A stretch of DNA of 64,000 bases. Origin: Spirochaetota bacterium (GTDB lineage Bacteria > Spirochaetota > UBA4802 > UBA5550). Position numbers and translations under genes: made by a program. The stretch is from NCBI GenBank assembly GCA_050298055.1, contig JBNKTL010000002.1, positions 1 to 64,000 of the forward strand, written 5' to 3'. Positions 10,350-21,027 of this stretch are shown here, piece by piece. Numbering within the stretch: the stretch's first letter is position 1; every line of letters starts with the position of its first letter. Below the pieces are notes generated by a model. It was not told the DNA's origin. It did not search any database and was given only the letters and a program-made list of their open reading frames with translations.

Positions 10350-11177
10350 TCACTCCATTGGCTTATAAATACCGATACCCAGGCTCCCGTCATCCAGCTC
10401 AATAATTCCAAACCGGTGTTTTGTCTTTTTCCCCAGCTTTTTCGCAATAACATTCAGATAGACCCAGGGCGGTTCCGATTTAAGATAGATATAAGTCAGC
10501 TTTGAGCGGATGAGATTTCTTCTGAGAACCATGACAAACCGGCCTGCTTTTTCTTCCATGGAAGTATCACCTTTAACAGGGCGCTGATATTTCCCGTCCT
10601 TATAGAAGACAAGGTACCGGTAAGGAGCGCTCTTTCCTTTTCCCAGGGATGCTACGAAGTTATTGAGAAGGTCCATATAGGCTTCGGCTTCTTCGGGGAC
10701 TTCTCTCTGTTTTGAAGCGGAGTGGACCAGGATGGCGCTCCTTATCTCACTGCAGAGCTTTCTTATTCTGTATCCTTTGTCTCCGGAGGTGATGTTTGCC
10801 TGCCGGGTAAAAAGCGATGTTCCGCTGTTAACATCAACAGCGGAGAGGGTAAGCTTCCCGGCTTCAAGACTCCCTGTGACAAGGTATTCGGCACTTTTCA
10901 GTTTTGATATATCGTGATACGCGGACCCCAGGGACTGGGCCTTCTCATGGACCTTGATGATTTCTTTGAGCATTTTATCCTCAACAATGGAAAGTCCCCC
11001 GGACCGGGTCAGGTAACTTTTTATCCGGTTATCGATGTTCTTTATATCACTGTCACTCCCTTTAAGGGGAAGAATGCCTACAGTCACTTCCGCAAGGAGA
11101 GGAGTGACGGAGAGAATCACAACATAAAAGGTAAAAACAAAGAGCAGTCTTTTCATTGTTTGGGCCCCCATTTTCAT
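10350..11177 (-). CDS. Exported hypothetical protein with CsgG/TolB-N-like domain
   Basis: Signal peptide, TVGILP...AEYLVTGSL pattern. The true start may be 11156. Confidence 0.6.
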   Translation of the reverse strand: MKMGAQTMKRLLFVFTFYVVILSVTPLLAEVTVGILPLKGSDSDIKNIDNRIKSYLTRSGGLSIVEDKMLKEIIKVHEKAQSLGSAYHDISKLKSAEYLVTGSLEAGKLTLSAVDVNSGTSLFTRQANITSGDKGYRIRKLCSEIRSAILVHSASKQREVPEEAEAYMDLLNNFVASLGKGKSAPYRYLVFYKDGKYQRPVKGDTSMEEKAGRFVMVLRRNLIRSKLTYIYLKSEPPWVYLNVIAKKLGKKTKHRFGIIELDDGSLGIGIYKPME

Positions 11178-11281
11178 TCTTACTGATGAGAAATTTTAGA
11201 TCTTTAAAAAGTTCAGTTGCTAATCAAGTTTAGTCATTATTAGTGATTTTATGATATCAAATAAATTTTAATCTTCAAGAA

Positions 11282-11650
11282 TTATTCATCTAAATTATTA
11301 AAAAATATATCCCAGCTGCTCCCGGAGGTTTTCTGCATTATAATTGTACCATTGCATCTTTTCCCCCTGAGTAAAAGGGAAAGGCTGGTCTTTTTGCGGT
11401 TAATAAGAGTGTATTCTCCGGTATCATAGATTTCCACTCTCCCTCTCCCTTGGGATACCGGACCTTCATATTCAAGGTAGTCTCTTCTGTGCGGATCAAT
11501 CAATTCGGCAGTAATTGGTTCTTCCGAAATGAGCCGGCCCATATCACCTTCCTTGATCTGCCATGTTTCAAGGAACTCTCCATTGTCTATCATGAAATCA
11601 AAATGCGAATCTGTGCTAATGTGGTGTTGAATAACATATTTCATTATCAA
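11282..11650 (-). CDS. Stand-alone LigD-type 3'-phosphoesterase (LigD N-terminal domain)
   Basis: YVIQHH...HFDFMI...L.TW...HRRDYLEYEG.VS.GRG.V.IYD.G.Y. Confidence 0.8.
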   Translation of the reverse strand: MIMKYVIQHHISTDSHFDFMIDNGEFLETWQIKEGDMGRLISEEPITAELIDPHRRDYLEYEGPVSQGRGRVEIYDTGEYTLINRKKTSLSLLLRGKRCNGTIIMQKTSGSSWDIFFNNLDE

Positions 11651-13782
11651 AAAGCCAGGTCAAAGTCTATTCTCAGCCTGCAGGTATCCACATCAACAAG
11701 CTTCACCTGTACACTGTCACCGATTGTGAATCGTTTACTGTATTTTTTGCTTGTTATCCTGAACATATCCTCCTCAAACAGGTAGTAGTCATCGGTAAGC
11801 ATTCTCAGGGGAATAAGCCCTTCAACAGGGTACCGGTCCAGGGAGATAAATATTCCAAACCTGGCCACACCGCTTATGACACCGCTGAATGTCTCCCCAA
11901 TGCAGCCTTCCATGAATCTGCATGATTTCACTTTTATCATGTCCCTCTCAGCTTCCTGTGCCACCCGTTCCATTTCCGAGTTTTTTTCACCTGTATCCAT
12001 GATCTCTTCAAAGGTATAGGGAGGTCCCGTGCCGTCGATTATGGAAGTCAGGCACCGGTGAACAACAAGGTCCGGGTATCTTCGTATGGGGGAGGTGAAG
12101 TGGGTGTAGTCTTTGAACCCCAGGCCAAAATGTCCCAGGGGGACACCGCTGTAAAAGGCCTGCATCATGGATTTAAGGACCACAAGGTTTATGACCTGTT
12201 CGTTGAACTTCCCCTTTACCTTTTGGAGAATCCTCTGTATCTCAACACCGAGATTTCCCGACCTGTCCAGGAACAGGTTGTGGAGTTTCAAAAACTCTCC
12301 AAGAGTAACTATCTTTTCGCTGCTGATCTTTTCATGGTTCCTGTGCAGTGAAGGTCTTCCCTCCCTGTTTATCCGCATGGCCACCGCAACATTCGCACTG
12401 AGCATGAACTCTTCGATTATTTCATGACTCCTGAGCCTCTCCCCGAAAGCCAGTTCCCTGAAATTTCCGTTGTCATAGATTAATTTGGTCTCCTTCAGGT
12501 TCAGGTCTATTCTGCCGGACTTAAGCCTTTTCTTCTTGAGAAGGGATGCAAGCCGGTACATATTCGATAGAAGATCATGAATCTCTCCCCCGGTTTCATG
12601 GGAGAGGATCTTCTCTGCGATTTTATATGTCAGTCTCCTGTTGCTTTTAATAAGCCCCCTCTGAAATTCCGAGGAGACCAGATTGCCCTTACTGTCATAG
12701 ACCATCTCCACGGAGACAGTCAACCTCTCCTTTCCCTCAACCAGGGAACAGAGGTTATTGGAGAGGAGTTCGGGAAGCATGGGGACCACTTTGTTCCCAA
12801 TATAAAAGCTTGTCCCGCGCTTCATTGCCTCCCTGTCAAGAGGGGTGTCCCGGGCCACGTAGTGGGAGACGTCCGCAATGTGAACAAAGAGCCTGTATTG
12901 ATCTCCCTCTATAACAAGAGAGACGGCATCATCAAAGTCCTTGGCATCCTCCCCGTCTATGGTGACCGTGAGGAGGCCCCTGTAGTCCTTTCTCCCGGAG
13001 ATATCTTTTTCAGATATTGACAGGTCAAGGCCCTGAAGTTCAGGGTAATCGGGATGAGGTCCAGGGAGGTTGTTTTTAACGGATATTCTCTGAAAGTCGG
13101 CCTCGTTGTCTTCCCTGTTGTAGCTGTTCACTATCCTGCACTTCTGGACATTGAGGATCTTCCCCCTTATCCCCTTGAGAAGATAGAGTTTTGATCCGGA
13201 TTCTTCTGCGATTACTGATGCTTCCCGGAGTGGAAGTTCCGCGCACATCCGGGCCTGCGCAGGGGTATCCAACAGGGTGAAAAAGACAAGTTCTCCGGTT
13301 ACTTTTTTTACGCTGCCCAGGAAGAACTCTCTCTGTTTCTGAATTATTCTGTTGACCCTTCCGTAGAGGAACCCCCTCTTAAAATCGATGATCTCAACTT
13401 CAACAAGGTCCCTGTTGTGAGCAGAGGCAGTATTTTCCCTGTTTATATGAACATCACCATCATCATCCCATTTTAGAAACCCGTTTCCCGAGCTGTTGAT
13501 ACGGATGGGCCCTTCGGTTTTAAAAGATGAATTTTTGATATACGATTTCTTTTTTTTCCGCAAAAACCCCGCAGATGTAAGGGCAGAGAGGATGGAAAGG
13601 ATCTTATCCGTATCCTTCTGCTTCTTACGGGTTTTATGTTTCTTCTTTCGGGATACCTTTGATTTACCCGCTGAAAATGCCGCGAGGTTTTCAGTGAGGT
13701 TTCCCAGTGTGAAGCTTTTATTTCTTGATTTAATATAGTCTATTACAGACCGGGAAGTTAGTTTGCCGGGTGAAGGGGGCAT
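11647..13782 (-). CDS. rnr: Ribonuclease R
   Basis: TIDGEDAKDFDDA, VHIADVSHYV, HFTSPIRRYPDL, C-terminal S1 domain. Confidence 0.93.
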   Translation of the reverse strand: MPPSPGKLTSRSVIDYIKSRNKSFTLGNLTENLAAFSAGKSKVSRKKKHKTRKKQKDTDKILSILSALTSAGFLRKKKKSYIKNSSFKTEGPIRINSSGNGFLKWDDDGDVHINRENTASAHNRDLVEVEIIDFKRGFLYGRVNRIIQKQREFFLGSVKKVTGELVFFTLLDTPAQARMCAELPLREASVIAEESGSKLYLLKGIRGKILNVQKCRIVNSYNREDNEADFQRISVKNNLPGPHPDYPELQGLDLSISEKDISGRKDYRGLLTVTIDGEDAKDFDDAVSLVIEGDQYRLFVHIADVSHYVARDTPLDREAMKRGTSFYIGNKVVPMLPELLSNNLCSLVEGKERLTVSVEMVYDSKGNLVSSEFQRGLIKSNRRLTYKIAEKILSHETGGEIHDLLSNMYRLASLLKKKRLKSGRIDLNLKETKLIYDNGNFRELAFGERLRSHEIIEEFMLSANVAVAMRINREGRPSLHRNHEKISSEKIVTLGEFLKLHNLFLDRSGNLGVEIQRILQKVKGKFNEQVINLVVLKSMMQAFYSGVPLGHFGLGFKDYTHFTSPIRRYPDLVVHRCLTSIIDGTGPPYTFEEIMDTGEKNSEMERVAQEAERDMIKVKSCRFMEGCIGETFSGVISGVARFGIFISLDRYPVEGLIPLRMLTDDYYLFEEDMFRITSKKYSKRFTIGDSVQVKLVDVDTCRLRIDFDLAF

Positions 13783-13793
13783 TTGATATGATT

Positions 13794-14129
13794 TTATTTA
13801 CCGTCATCTGTATCGGCTTTTTCTTTTGTGCTTTTGCTTTTTTTCTGTTTCTCGATGTCAGCTTTAATCGATTTAATTTTTTCACGGATACTGATAATCT
13901 CATTGTAAAGATTCCCAATCTCTCTGTCTTTTAGATCAGCTCCTTTTTCTCCCTTTTCAAGTTTATCAAAAATAAAGTCTCCGATCTTTATCTTTATTTT
14001 TTCCTCATCGCCTTCCAGTTTTTTAATATCAAAGGTATGCTTGGCAATCTTCGTGTATTCCTCGGTCTTGTTAACGATAATTTCTCCATACTTTAACAGT
14101 GATTCGCCTGCATCTTTAAAAATTCCCAT
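13794..14129 (-). CDS. Hypothetical coiled-coil protein
   Basis: SD AGGAG; co-oriented and closely spaced with rnr. Confidence 0.7.
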   Translation of the reverse strand: MGIFKDAGESLLKYGEIIVNKTEEYTKIAKHTFDIKKLEGDEEKIKIKIGDFIFDKLEKGEKGADLKDREIGNLYNEIISIREKIKSIKADIEKQKKSKSTKEKADTDDGK

Positions 14130-14164
14130 GAAACAACTCCTATAGTGGGATAATAAGTTTATTA

Positions 14165-14304
14165 CTAACTATTTGCTGTATGGCAAAAATATACATGTTT
14201 ATTAAAATAACAGAATTGTGGCCCCGCCGCCCACGGCGGCGGGGACACATCAGTTATCTTTTATTCATTAACATATCTATTTTTATACATAGCTGAGTCA
14301 TAAC
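14165..14304. mobile_element. IS66-like MITE copy
   Basis: CCCCGCCGCC-CAC-GGCGGCGGGG core; right end AGCTGAGTCATAAC; flanks GTTTATTA / GTTTACTA (7/8 direct repeat). Confidence 0.8.
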
Positions 14305-14471
14305 GTTTACTATTTTAATTTTCCTTCTTTTGTCAATCACAACTTAATTATGTTGCGCAATATTTTGGGATAAAAAATAGTGAAATCTGAGTATTTGATT
14401 TTTATAGAGGGAAAAAGAGGTATACCACAAAGCTCAAGAAGTTCACGAAGACAACGAAAAAAAGAGAAGAG

Positions 14472-14670
14472 GTTTCACACAGAGCACGCAGAGGGCACAG
14501 AGAAAGAGAAGAAATAATCGAAAAGAAAAAGTGGTGAATTTTTAAAGAATGGCATTACTGGAATTCTAAATTGAGTTATAGAATAATCACATAAGAAAAT
14601 ATGAAATAAGCCGAATAACCGGAACTCTATTTGCATTCTCTCCGTGAGCTTAGTGAGCTCTGTGTGAAAC
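14472..14670. repeat. Palindromic CACAGAG-type element enclosing a short decayed coding fragment
   Basis: Perfect 14-bp inverted repeat GTTTCACACAGAGC / GCTCTGTGTGAAAC with internal CACAGAG-like iterations. Confidence 0.75.
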
Positions 14671-14731
14671 TTTAAAAGTTATTTCATAACAGAGAGTATA
14701 ATAGACAGGATATGCCTTTGTGGTTAAAATT

Positions 14732-15484
14732 ATGAAAAAAATGAGTAAAGATAACATCCACAAGGAGAAAATTATCAATTCAATATATGAAACCCTGTTA
14801 AAAGCATACGGGAAACAGGGGTGGTGGCCGATTATAGATATTGTGACGGGAAAATCAGTATATTTCCAGGGGAGGGTGCTGAATGACCCTGAGAGGTTTG
14901 AAATTGCTCTGGGTGCTCTCCTGACACAGAATACGAGCTGGAAAAACGCGGAGAAGGCACTTCTCTCTCTCAAGAGAAATAAATTGATAGATCCCCGAAA
15001 GCTTATTGAGACGGATATGGACACACTTGCCGGCCTGATCAGGCCCTCAGGATATTACAACCAGAAGGCCAGGAAAGTACTCGATTTCCTCTCATGGTTC
15101 AAAAAATATGATTACAATTTTGAGGTCCTTTCCGGTGTGGGGATTGATAAACTCAGGAGTGAACTTCTCTCTGTGAGAGGAATTGGCAATGAGACTGCTG
15201 ATTCTCTCATCCTTTACTCACTGGGAAAAAAGATCTTTGTGGTGGATGCATACACCATGAGGATCTTCAAAAGGACCGGTATTCTCTCCGGCAGTGAACA
15301 GTATTATGAAGTCCAGGAAATTTTTCACAGATATTTTTCCGGAGACAGGGACGGGTATAACCAGTATCATGCTCTTATAGTAAAACATGCAAAAGAAACC
15401 TGTATCCCTGCCGGGAGAAACAGGGCAATGCCTTTATGCGGGAAATGCTGCATCAATTCTCTCTGTGAGAAATTAATTTCTTGA
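14732..15484 (+). CDS. HhH-GPD / endonuclease III-related DNA glycosylase
   Basis: GALLTQNTSW, LIRPSGYYNQKA, HhH LLSVRGIGNETADS, FVVDAYT.R, C-terminal Fe-S cysteines. Confidence 0.9.
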   Translation: MKKMSKDNIHKEKIINSIYETLLKAYGKQGWWPIIDIVTGKSVYFQGRVLNDPERFEIALGALLTQNTSWKNAEKALLSLKRNKLIDPRKLIETDMDTLAGLIRPSGYYNQKARKVLDFLSWFKKYDYNFEVLSGVGIDKLRSELLSVRGIGNETADSLILYSLGKKIFVVDAYTMRIFKRTGILSGSEQYYEVQEIFHRYFSGDRDGYNQYHALIVKHAKETCIPAGRNRAMPLCGKCCINSLCEKLIS

Positions 15485-15598
15485 CTTATTTGAAATTATA
15501 TGTATAAATAATAATTTATAATTAAATATTATTGTATATCTACAAAATGTGTAACAATTCATTTATATAATTGTAATAATATCTATGAAAACAAAATT

Positions 15599-15720
15599 GT
15601 TACAACTTAGTTATATATAAAAGGGACAAGTTAATAAATATAAGATAACTTATGTGTCTTCGCCGCATTCGGCGGCGGAGACATTATTAATATTTTAATT
15701 ATACAGATGAGTAGTGATAC
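15599..15720. mobile_element. IS66-like MITE copy (degenerate)
   Basis: TGTCTTCGCCGC-ATTC-GGCGGCGGAGACA core; right end GATGAGTAGTGATAC. Confidence 0.7.
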
Positions 15721-15819
15721 AAAAATTTTATATCTGATCTCTCTTATTCAGCTTAACCGTAACGAAAAAAAGTATACCTTGATCAATAAAATGAGAATTT
15801 CAGGAGGAGTTGAAACTCT

Positions 15820-16200
15820 TTGAAAATATTAGCAATTGCCTGCGGGGGGGCAATGGGTGCTCTGTTGAGATATTACAGTTCAGCCTTTATCTCAAATCGT
15901 ACCGGTGCCACTTTCCCCTATGGGACTCTCTTTGTCAACCTTGTGGGATCTCTTATTATCGGGGCCCTCTGGGGGATATCTGAGGAAAGGGTTATTGCAA
16001 TCAGGGCAAGGGAGTTTATCTTTGTTGGAGTGCTCGGTGCTTTTACGACTTTTTCCACCTACAGCCTTGAAACAGTAAATCTCCTGAGATTAAATGAAGT
16101 TAAACTGGCTTTAACAAATATTCTCGCAAGCAATGTATCGGGTATTCTCTTCGCTTTTGCCGGATACCTTGTTTCCAAACAGGTCCTGAAGGTAATATAA
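15820..16200 (+). CDS. crcB: Fluoride efflux channel Fluc
   Basis: [38 protein letters not shown] start with SD AGGAGG. Confidence 0.95.
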   Translation: MKILAIACGGAMGALLRYYSSAFISNRTGATFPYGTLFVNLVGSLIIGALWGISEERVIAIRAREFIFVGVLGAFTTFSTYSLETVNLLRLNEVKLALTNILASNVSGILFAFAGYLVSKQVLKVI

Positions 16201-16304
16201 GAAGCATTGCTGTTAATAGATTTTTTTGGGACAGCAATGCGGGAATGGATGGTACTTCATTAAAAGACGTAAGCAGGATCAATTATGAACACACGGGTAA
16301 TACT

Positions 16305-17930
16305 ATGCAGTCAAACAGGCTGACAGAACTTAATGAATGGAAATCCCTGAACGATCATTTCAGTAAGGTAAAAGGTCTACACATGAGGGAGCTCTTCATT
16401 GAGGACCCTTCACGGGGAAGGGGTTTCAGAATCGATACCGGTGATATCTATTTTGATTATTCAAAGAACAGAATAACATCGGAGACACTCAAGCTCCTCA
16501 TCAACCTTGCAAAAGCATGCAATCTCAGGGAAGAGATTGAGAAGATGTTCACCGGTGAAAAGATAAACAGAACAGAGGACCGTGCAGTACTTCATACTGC
16601 CCTGAGGAATGTTAAGGGATCACCGGTCATGGTTGACGGTGAAGATGTTATGCCGGGGATCTTTTCGGTATTAAACAGGATGAAAGATCTGAGCACCCGG
16701 GTGAGAAACGGTTCCTGGAAAGGATTTACCGGAAAAGCGGTAAAAAATATTGTAAACATCGGGATAGGGGGATCTGACCTTGGCCCGGCAATGGTTACCG
16801 AAGCACTTAAGCACTATTCGGAGAGAGGGCTGAAATTTCACTTTGTATCCAATGTTGATGATACCCATATAGCAGAGGTCCTCAGGGAGTGTGAGCCGGA
16901 GGAGACACTCTTCATAATAGCATCCAAGACCTTCACAACCCAGGAGACAATGACCAATGCCGAAACTGCCAGGAAGTGGGTCCTGGATAAGTTCAATGAT
17001 AAGAGCGCAATTGCTTCCCATTTTATCGCTCTCTCTACAAACAGCGAAGCAGTCTCCTCCTTCGGCATCCATACGGAAAATATGTTTGAGTTCTGGGACT
17101 GGGTAGGGGGAAGGTACTCCCTTGCGTCGGCTATCGGAATACCCGTTATGATCTCAATAGGCTACGAACACTATATGGATATGCTCAGTGGATTCAACAC
17201 AATGGATATCCATTTCCGAGAGAGACCTTTTGAAGAGAACATTCCGGTGATTATGGGACTTCTCGGGATCTGGTACAATAACTTTTTCGGCGCAGAGACC
17301 CACGCCATCCTCCCTTATGAGCAGTACCTTCACAGGTTCCCGGCCTATTTCCAGCAGGGAGACATGGAATCCAACGGGAAATCGGTAGACAGGGACGGCA
17401 GAGAAACCGCGTACCAGACCGGCCCCGTTATCTGGGGGGAACCGGGGACAAACGGGCAGCATGCCTTCTATCAGCTTATCCACCAGGGGACAAGGCTCAT
17501 ACCCGCGGACTTTATCGGGTTTGGAAAATCACTGAACCCCACTGGGGACCACCACAGAAAACTGATTGCTAATTTCCTCGCGCAGACCGAGGCCCTGGCT
17601 TTTGGCAAAACAGAGGAGGAGGTCAGGGCCGAGGGAGTAAAGGATGAACTTGTTCCCTATAAGGTTTTCAACGGAAACCGTCCCACAAACTCGATCATGG
17701 CAGAGAAACTCACACCAAACATTCTCGGACAGCTGATCTCCCTGTACGAGCATAAGATCTTTGTCCAGGGTGTTATATGGAATATATACTCCTTCGACCA
17801 GTGGGGAGTTGAACTGGGGAAGGTCCTCGCGAAAAAAATTCTCCCTGAACTGGAACCGGACGGAGAACCGGGTGAATCCCATGATTCATCCACGAATGAA
17901 CTTATTGAATATTATAGAAGACACTGTTAA
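16305..17930 (+). CDS. pgi: Glucose-6-phosphate isomerase
   Basis: [48 protein letters not shown]. Confidence 0.97.
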   Translation: MQSNRLTELNEWKSLNDHFSKVKGLHMRELFIEDPSRGRGFRIDTGDIYFDYSKNRITSETLKLLINLAKACNLREEIEKMFTGEKINRTEDRAVLHTALRNVKGSPVMVDGEDVMPGIFSVLNRMKDLSTRVRNGSWKGFTGKAVKNIVNIGIGGSDLGPAMVTEALKHYSERGLKFHFVSNVDDTHIAEVLRECEPEETLFIIASKTFTTQETMTNAETARKWVLDKFNDKSAIASHFIALSTNSEAVSSFGIHTENMFEFWDWVGGRYSLASAIGIPVMISIGYEHYMDMLSGFNTMDIHFRERPFEENIPVIMGLLGIWYNNFFGAETHAILPYEQYLHRFPAYFQQGDMESNGKSVDRDGRETAYQTGPVIWGEPGTNGQHAFYQLIHQGTRLIPADFIGFGKSLNPTGDHHRKLIANFLAQTEALAFGKTEEEVRAEGVKDELVPYKVFNGNRPTNSIMAEKLTPNILGQLISLYEHKIFVQGVIWNIYSFDQWGVELGKVLAKKILPELEPDGEPGESHDSSTNELIEYYRRHC

Positions 17931-18911
17931 ATGAACGATAAACCGGGTAATTTGATGTTTATAGATAAAGTAAACATATCAGGTGAGAATGGCTCCATTG
18001 AAGACAGGCTCAACCGTTACGAGATCCTGAAAGCCGAGGCAAATACCGTCAGGGAGAATGACAAGGTCCTTATCAGGAGCCTCTTCAGGAATTTCTACAA
18101 CAAGCAGCTCAGGGTCGGCATAGGGTTCCAGAGAGCTTACGGCTCAATCCTCTCCGGTGATTATTTTGACCTCATTAAGCTGCCGGATAACAATTACCTT
18201 TTTGTTTTTGCTGATATCAGCGGGCATGGCCTCCCTGCTTATACTACGCTCATCAGGCTCAGGTCGGCCATAACAATTGCCATAAAGAGGAGCAGGAGGA
18301 TATTTGAAAAAACCGGCTCTATGAACCAGAAGTTTCTCATCCAGGATATCTGTACTAAGTTTACGGATATCATGGACGAGTCCAATTCCGACGATTTTGC
18401 CTGTGTAAATTTTACATTTATAACAAACGATGACAACAGGTACAGGCTGAGATTCTTCAACAGGAGCATGCTCTTTCCCATAATCATCAGGAACAAAGGA
18501 GAGTCGGGTATCGAGGTCATTAACCTCAATGCGAAACATAATGAATGGGAGCCCCGGGTGGGGAGTATTCTCGGGAGTGACCTGAGAAAACTTTTAACCG
18601 ATTTTTACCTGGAAACCCCCATCTGTGAATTCACCATAACTGAATCTGATTCGTTATTTTTCTTCAGTGACGGAATAACCGAAGCATATAATCCATCCGG
18701 AGGATTGGATAACGGCAAATCTTCGGGTGAGGAGGCATTCGGTGAAAAGAGGGTTGAGGATATTCTCATGAGTTCGTACAGAAACCATCCCCAGGAAATT
18801 ATCAACGGCCTTTTCCAGAATGTTTACCAGTTCATCGGAAATCCCGAGATGCAGGAAGATGACATGACCGCGGTATTGATCGATTTTCCCCCTCCATCTG
18901 ACCGGTATTAA
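17931..18911 (+). CDS. PP2C/SpoIIE-family phosphatase
   Basis: LSGDYFD, ADISGHG, FSDGITEA, QEDDMT. Confidence 0.88.
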   Translation: MNDKPGNLMFIDKVNISGENGSIEDRLNRYEILKAEANTVRENDKVLIRSLFRNFYNKQLRVGIGFQRAYGSILSGDYFDLIKLPDNNYLFVFADISGHGLPAYTTLIRLRSAITIAIKRSRRIFEKTGSMNQKFLIQDICTKFTDIMDESNSDDFACVNFTFITNDDNRYRLRFFNRSMLFPIIIRNKGESGIEVINLNAKHNEWEPRVGSILGSDLRKLLTDFYLETPICEFTITESDSLFFFSDGITEAYNPSGGLDNGKSSGEEAFGEKRVEDILMSSYRNHPQEIINGLFQNVYQFIGNPEMQEDDMTAVLIDFPPPSDRY

Positions 18912-19087
18912 ATGTAAGCATAACAAATGGGCAGGTATAATACAAATAATATTTATTGACAATTTATACGTATATAATACCTTTTGAGTACTTCCTTAAT
19001 CTACGTAGTTTGAGACATTATTTCTTAACAATTAAAACACTTTATCAACGTAACCGGGAATATCAGGATTGAAGAGGAGTATCAACA

Positions 19088-20431
19088 ATGGAAGATATTG
19101 TAAAAAAGCTGGAAAGGCTGGGAAGAAGCCATGACAACCATCCCCTTGAAGTCATCAAGGAGAAGGACATTAAACTTGGACTGAGAAATGCTGACGGGAC
19201 AGGTGTGATTGCCGGGATTACTGCCAAGGGAAGAGTTGTGGGATATAAGAAGGTAAAGTCCGGCACCGGGACAATCGTTAAGCCGGTTGAAGGGAAACTC
19301 TACTATTGCGGATACGATATTGAAGATATTATCGAATACCATTCAAAAAATTCTACCTTTGGTTTTGAGGAAGTGGTTTATCTTCTTCTCACAGGTGAGT
19401 TGCCTTCCATAGCCGATTTAAAAAATGTGACACAGCTTCTCGCCAAGAGAAGGTTTCTCTCCAAGACCGAACGAAGTGTTATCATGGAAGAAGTACAGAA
19501 TGAGAACCAGATGTACGGACTCCATTCGGTGATATCCCACCTGGGAAGGTGTGATACCCATCCCGATTCCAGTGATTTTGCAAATGTTACAAGACAGATA
19601 TTCAATCTCATTGCAAAGTTTCCCACAATCGTTGCGTATAATTATAATGTCATGAAATACTGGAAAGGTGATGATCTGAGGTTTATCAGGCCGAAACCCG
19701 AACTGAGTACGTCTGAAAACTTTCTCTACATGCTTAAGGGAACAATCCCCGACAAATATGAGGCATTGATATTTGATATTGCTCTCATTCTCCACGCGGA
19801 ACATGGAGGGGGCAATAACTCCACCTTTGCCGTCAGGGCCGTTTCCTCCAGCGGTGCAAATACTTACATGGCAATTGCCGCCGGTATCGCATCGTTGAGC
19901 GGTCATCTCCACGGAGGGGCAAATGAATCGGTCAAGGGAATGATGAAGGACCTGATGAAAGAGGTGAAGGACTGGGAGAACATGAATGAAATCAAAAAAT
20001 ATCTGAAACAGGTCCTGGACAGGAAGAAGGGCGACAAATCGGGAAAAATCTACGGTCTGGGCCACGCGGTTTATACGATGTCTGATCCGCGGGCAAAAAT
20101 TTTAAAAAAGCATGCCAGTGAGCTTGCCAGGCAGAAAGGAAGTTATGAAAAATTCAGGCTCTATGAAAATGTCGCCGAGGCAGCATCAAAACTTCTCAGC
20201 GAAAGACAGGGAAAGCCCATATCGGAAAACGTTGACTTCTACTCCGGTTTTCTCTATGAACAGCTGAACATACCTGTCCAGCTTTATACTCCGATTTTTG
20301 CAATGGCGCGGGTTGCCGGCTGGGCGGCCCACAGGCTCGAGCAAATTGCCCAGGCAAAGATCCTGCGCCCGGCATATCTCGCGGCCAGCCAGAATAAGCA
20401 GAAATATATTGGAATTAATCAAAGAAAATAG
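19088..20431 (+). CDS. gltA: Citrate synthase
   Basis: GLRNADGTGV, HAEHGGGNNSTF, LHGGAN, YGLGHAVY..SDPRA, NVDFYSG. Confidence 0.93.
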   Translation: MEDIVKKLERLGRSHDNHPLEVIKEKDIKLGLRNADGTGVIAGITAKGRVVGYKKVKSGTGTIVKPVEGKLYYCGYDIEDIIEYHSKNSTFGFEEVVYLLLTGELPSIADLKNVTQLLAKRRFLSKTERSVIMEEVQNENQMYGLHSVISHLGRCDTHPDSSDFANVTRQIFNLIAKFPTIVAYNYNVMKYWKGDDLRFIRPKPELSTSENFLYMLKGTIPDKYEALIFDIALILHAEHGGGNNSTFAVRAVSSSGANTYMAIAAGIASLSGHLHGGANESVKGMMKDLMKEVKDWENMNEIKKYLKQVLDRKKGDKSGKIYGLGHAVYTMSDPRAKILKKHASELARQKGSYEKFRLYENVAEAASKLLSERQGKPISENVDFYSGFLYEQLNIPVQLYTPIFAMARVAGWAAHRLEQIAQAKILRPAYLAASQNKQKYIGINQRK

Positions 20432-20441
20432 GAGGTGAAAA

Positions 20442-20882
20442 ATGGGCGATAATGAATGTGAAATACCTGACAGGAACCCGGTGAGTGAAGAGATAAAGGA
20501 GATCCTTGAAAATGCCGGAACAATTGCCATTGTGGGACTGTCGGACAAACCGGATCGTGACAGCTACAAAGTCGCTTCCTATCTCAAAGAGAGGGGGTAT
20601 AAAATCATACCTGTTAATCCCGCAAAGGATGAAATTTTAGGAGAAAAGTCTTTCCCGGACCTTAAATCCATAGATGAGAAGGTTGATATTGTTGACGTAT
20701 TCAGGAAGATCGAGGCAGTACCGGAGATCGTGGATAAAGCCATTGATATAAAACCGGGGACCATCTGGCTGCAGCTGGGACTTGCGCACAGGGAATCCGC
20801 CGAGAAAGCCGAGAGAGCAGGGATCAGGTTTGTCCAGAGCAAGTGCCTGAAGATTGAACACAGCAAACTTATCGGCGGATAA
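20442..20882 (+). CDS. CoA-binding protein (YccU-like)
   Basis: IAIVGLSDKPDRDS..V..YL..GY.IIPVNP; VDIVDVFR; IWLQLG. Confidence 0.9.
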   Translation: MGDNECEIPDRNPVSEEIKEILENAGTIAIVGLSDKPDRDSYKVASYLKERGYKIIPVNPAKDEILGEKSFPDLKSIDEKVDIVDVFRKIEAVPEIVDKAIDIKPGTIWLQLGLAHRESAEKAERAGIRFVQSKCLKIEHSKLIGG

Positions 20883-20919
20883 GGAACTTTCCGAAGAAGA
20901 TGTTTAACACGAAGGAAAG

Positions 20920-20993
20920 ACCCCCTAACCCCCGGAAGGGGCATAAGAGAGTGTCTGATAAATATCTTACGCCCCCTCAGGGGGATGGGGGGT
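20920..20993. repeat. CCCCCTAA-type palindromic repeat
   Basis: ACCCCCTAACCCCCGGAAGGGGCATAAGA and its near-inverse TCTTACGCCCCCTCAGGGGGATGGGGGGT. Confidence 0.7.
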
Positions 20994-21027
20994 GAAGAGG
21001 TGAAGTTTAATAAAGGATATAGTGTGT

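Noticed and set aside
15720..15820. Fluoride riboswitch upstream of crcB
   Set aside because: No GATG..TC.CC / GCT.ATGA core motif is visible; the nearby hairpin belongs to the MITE.
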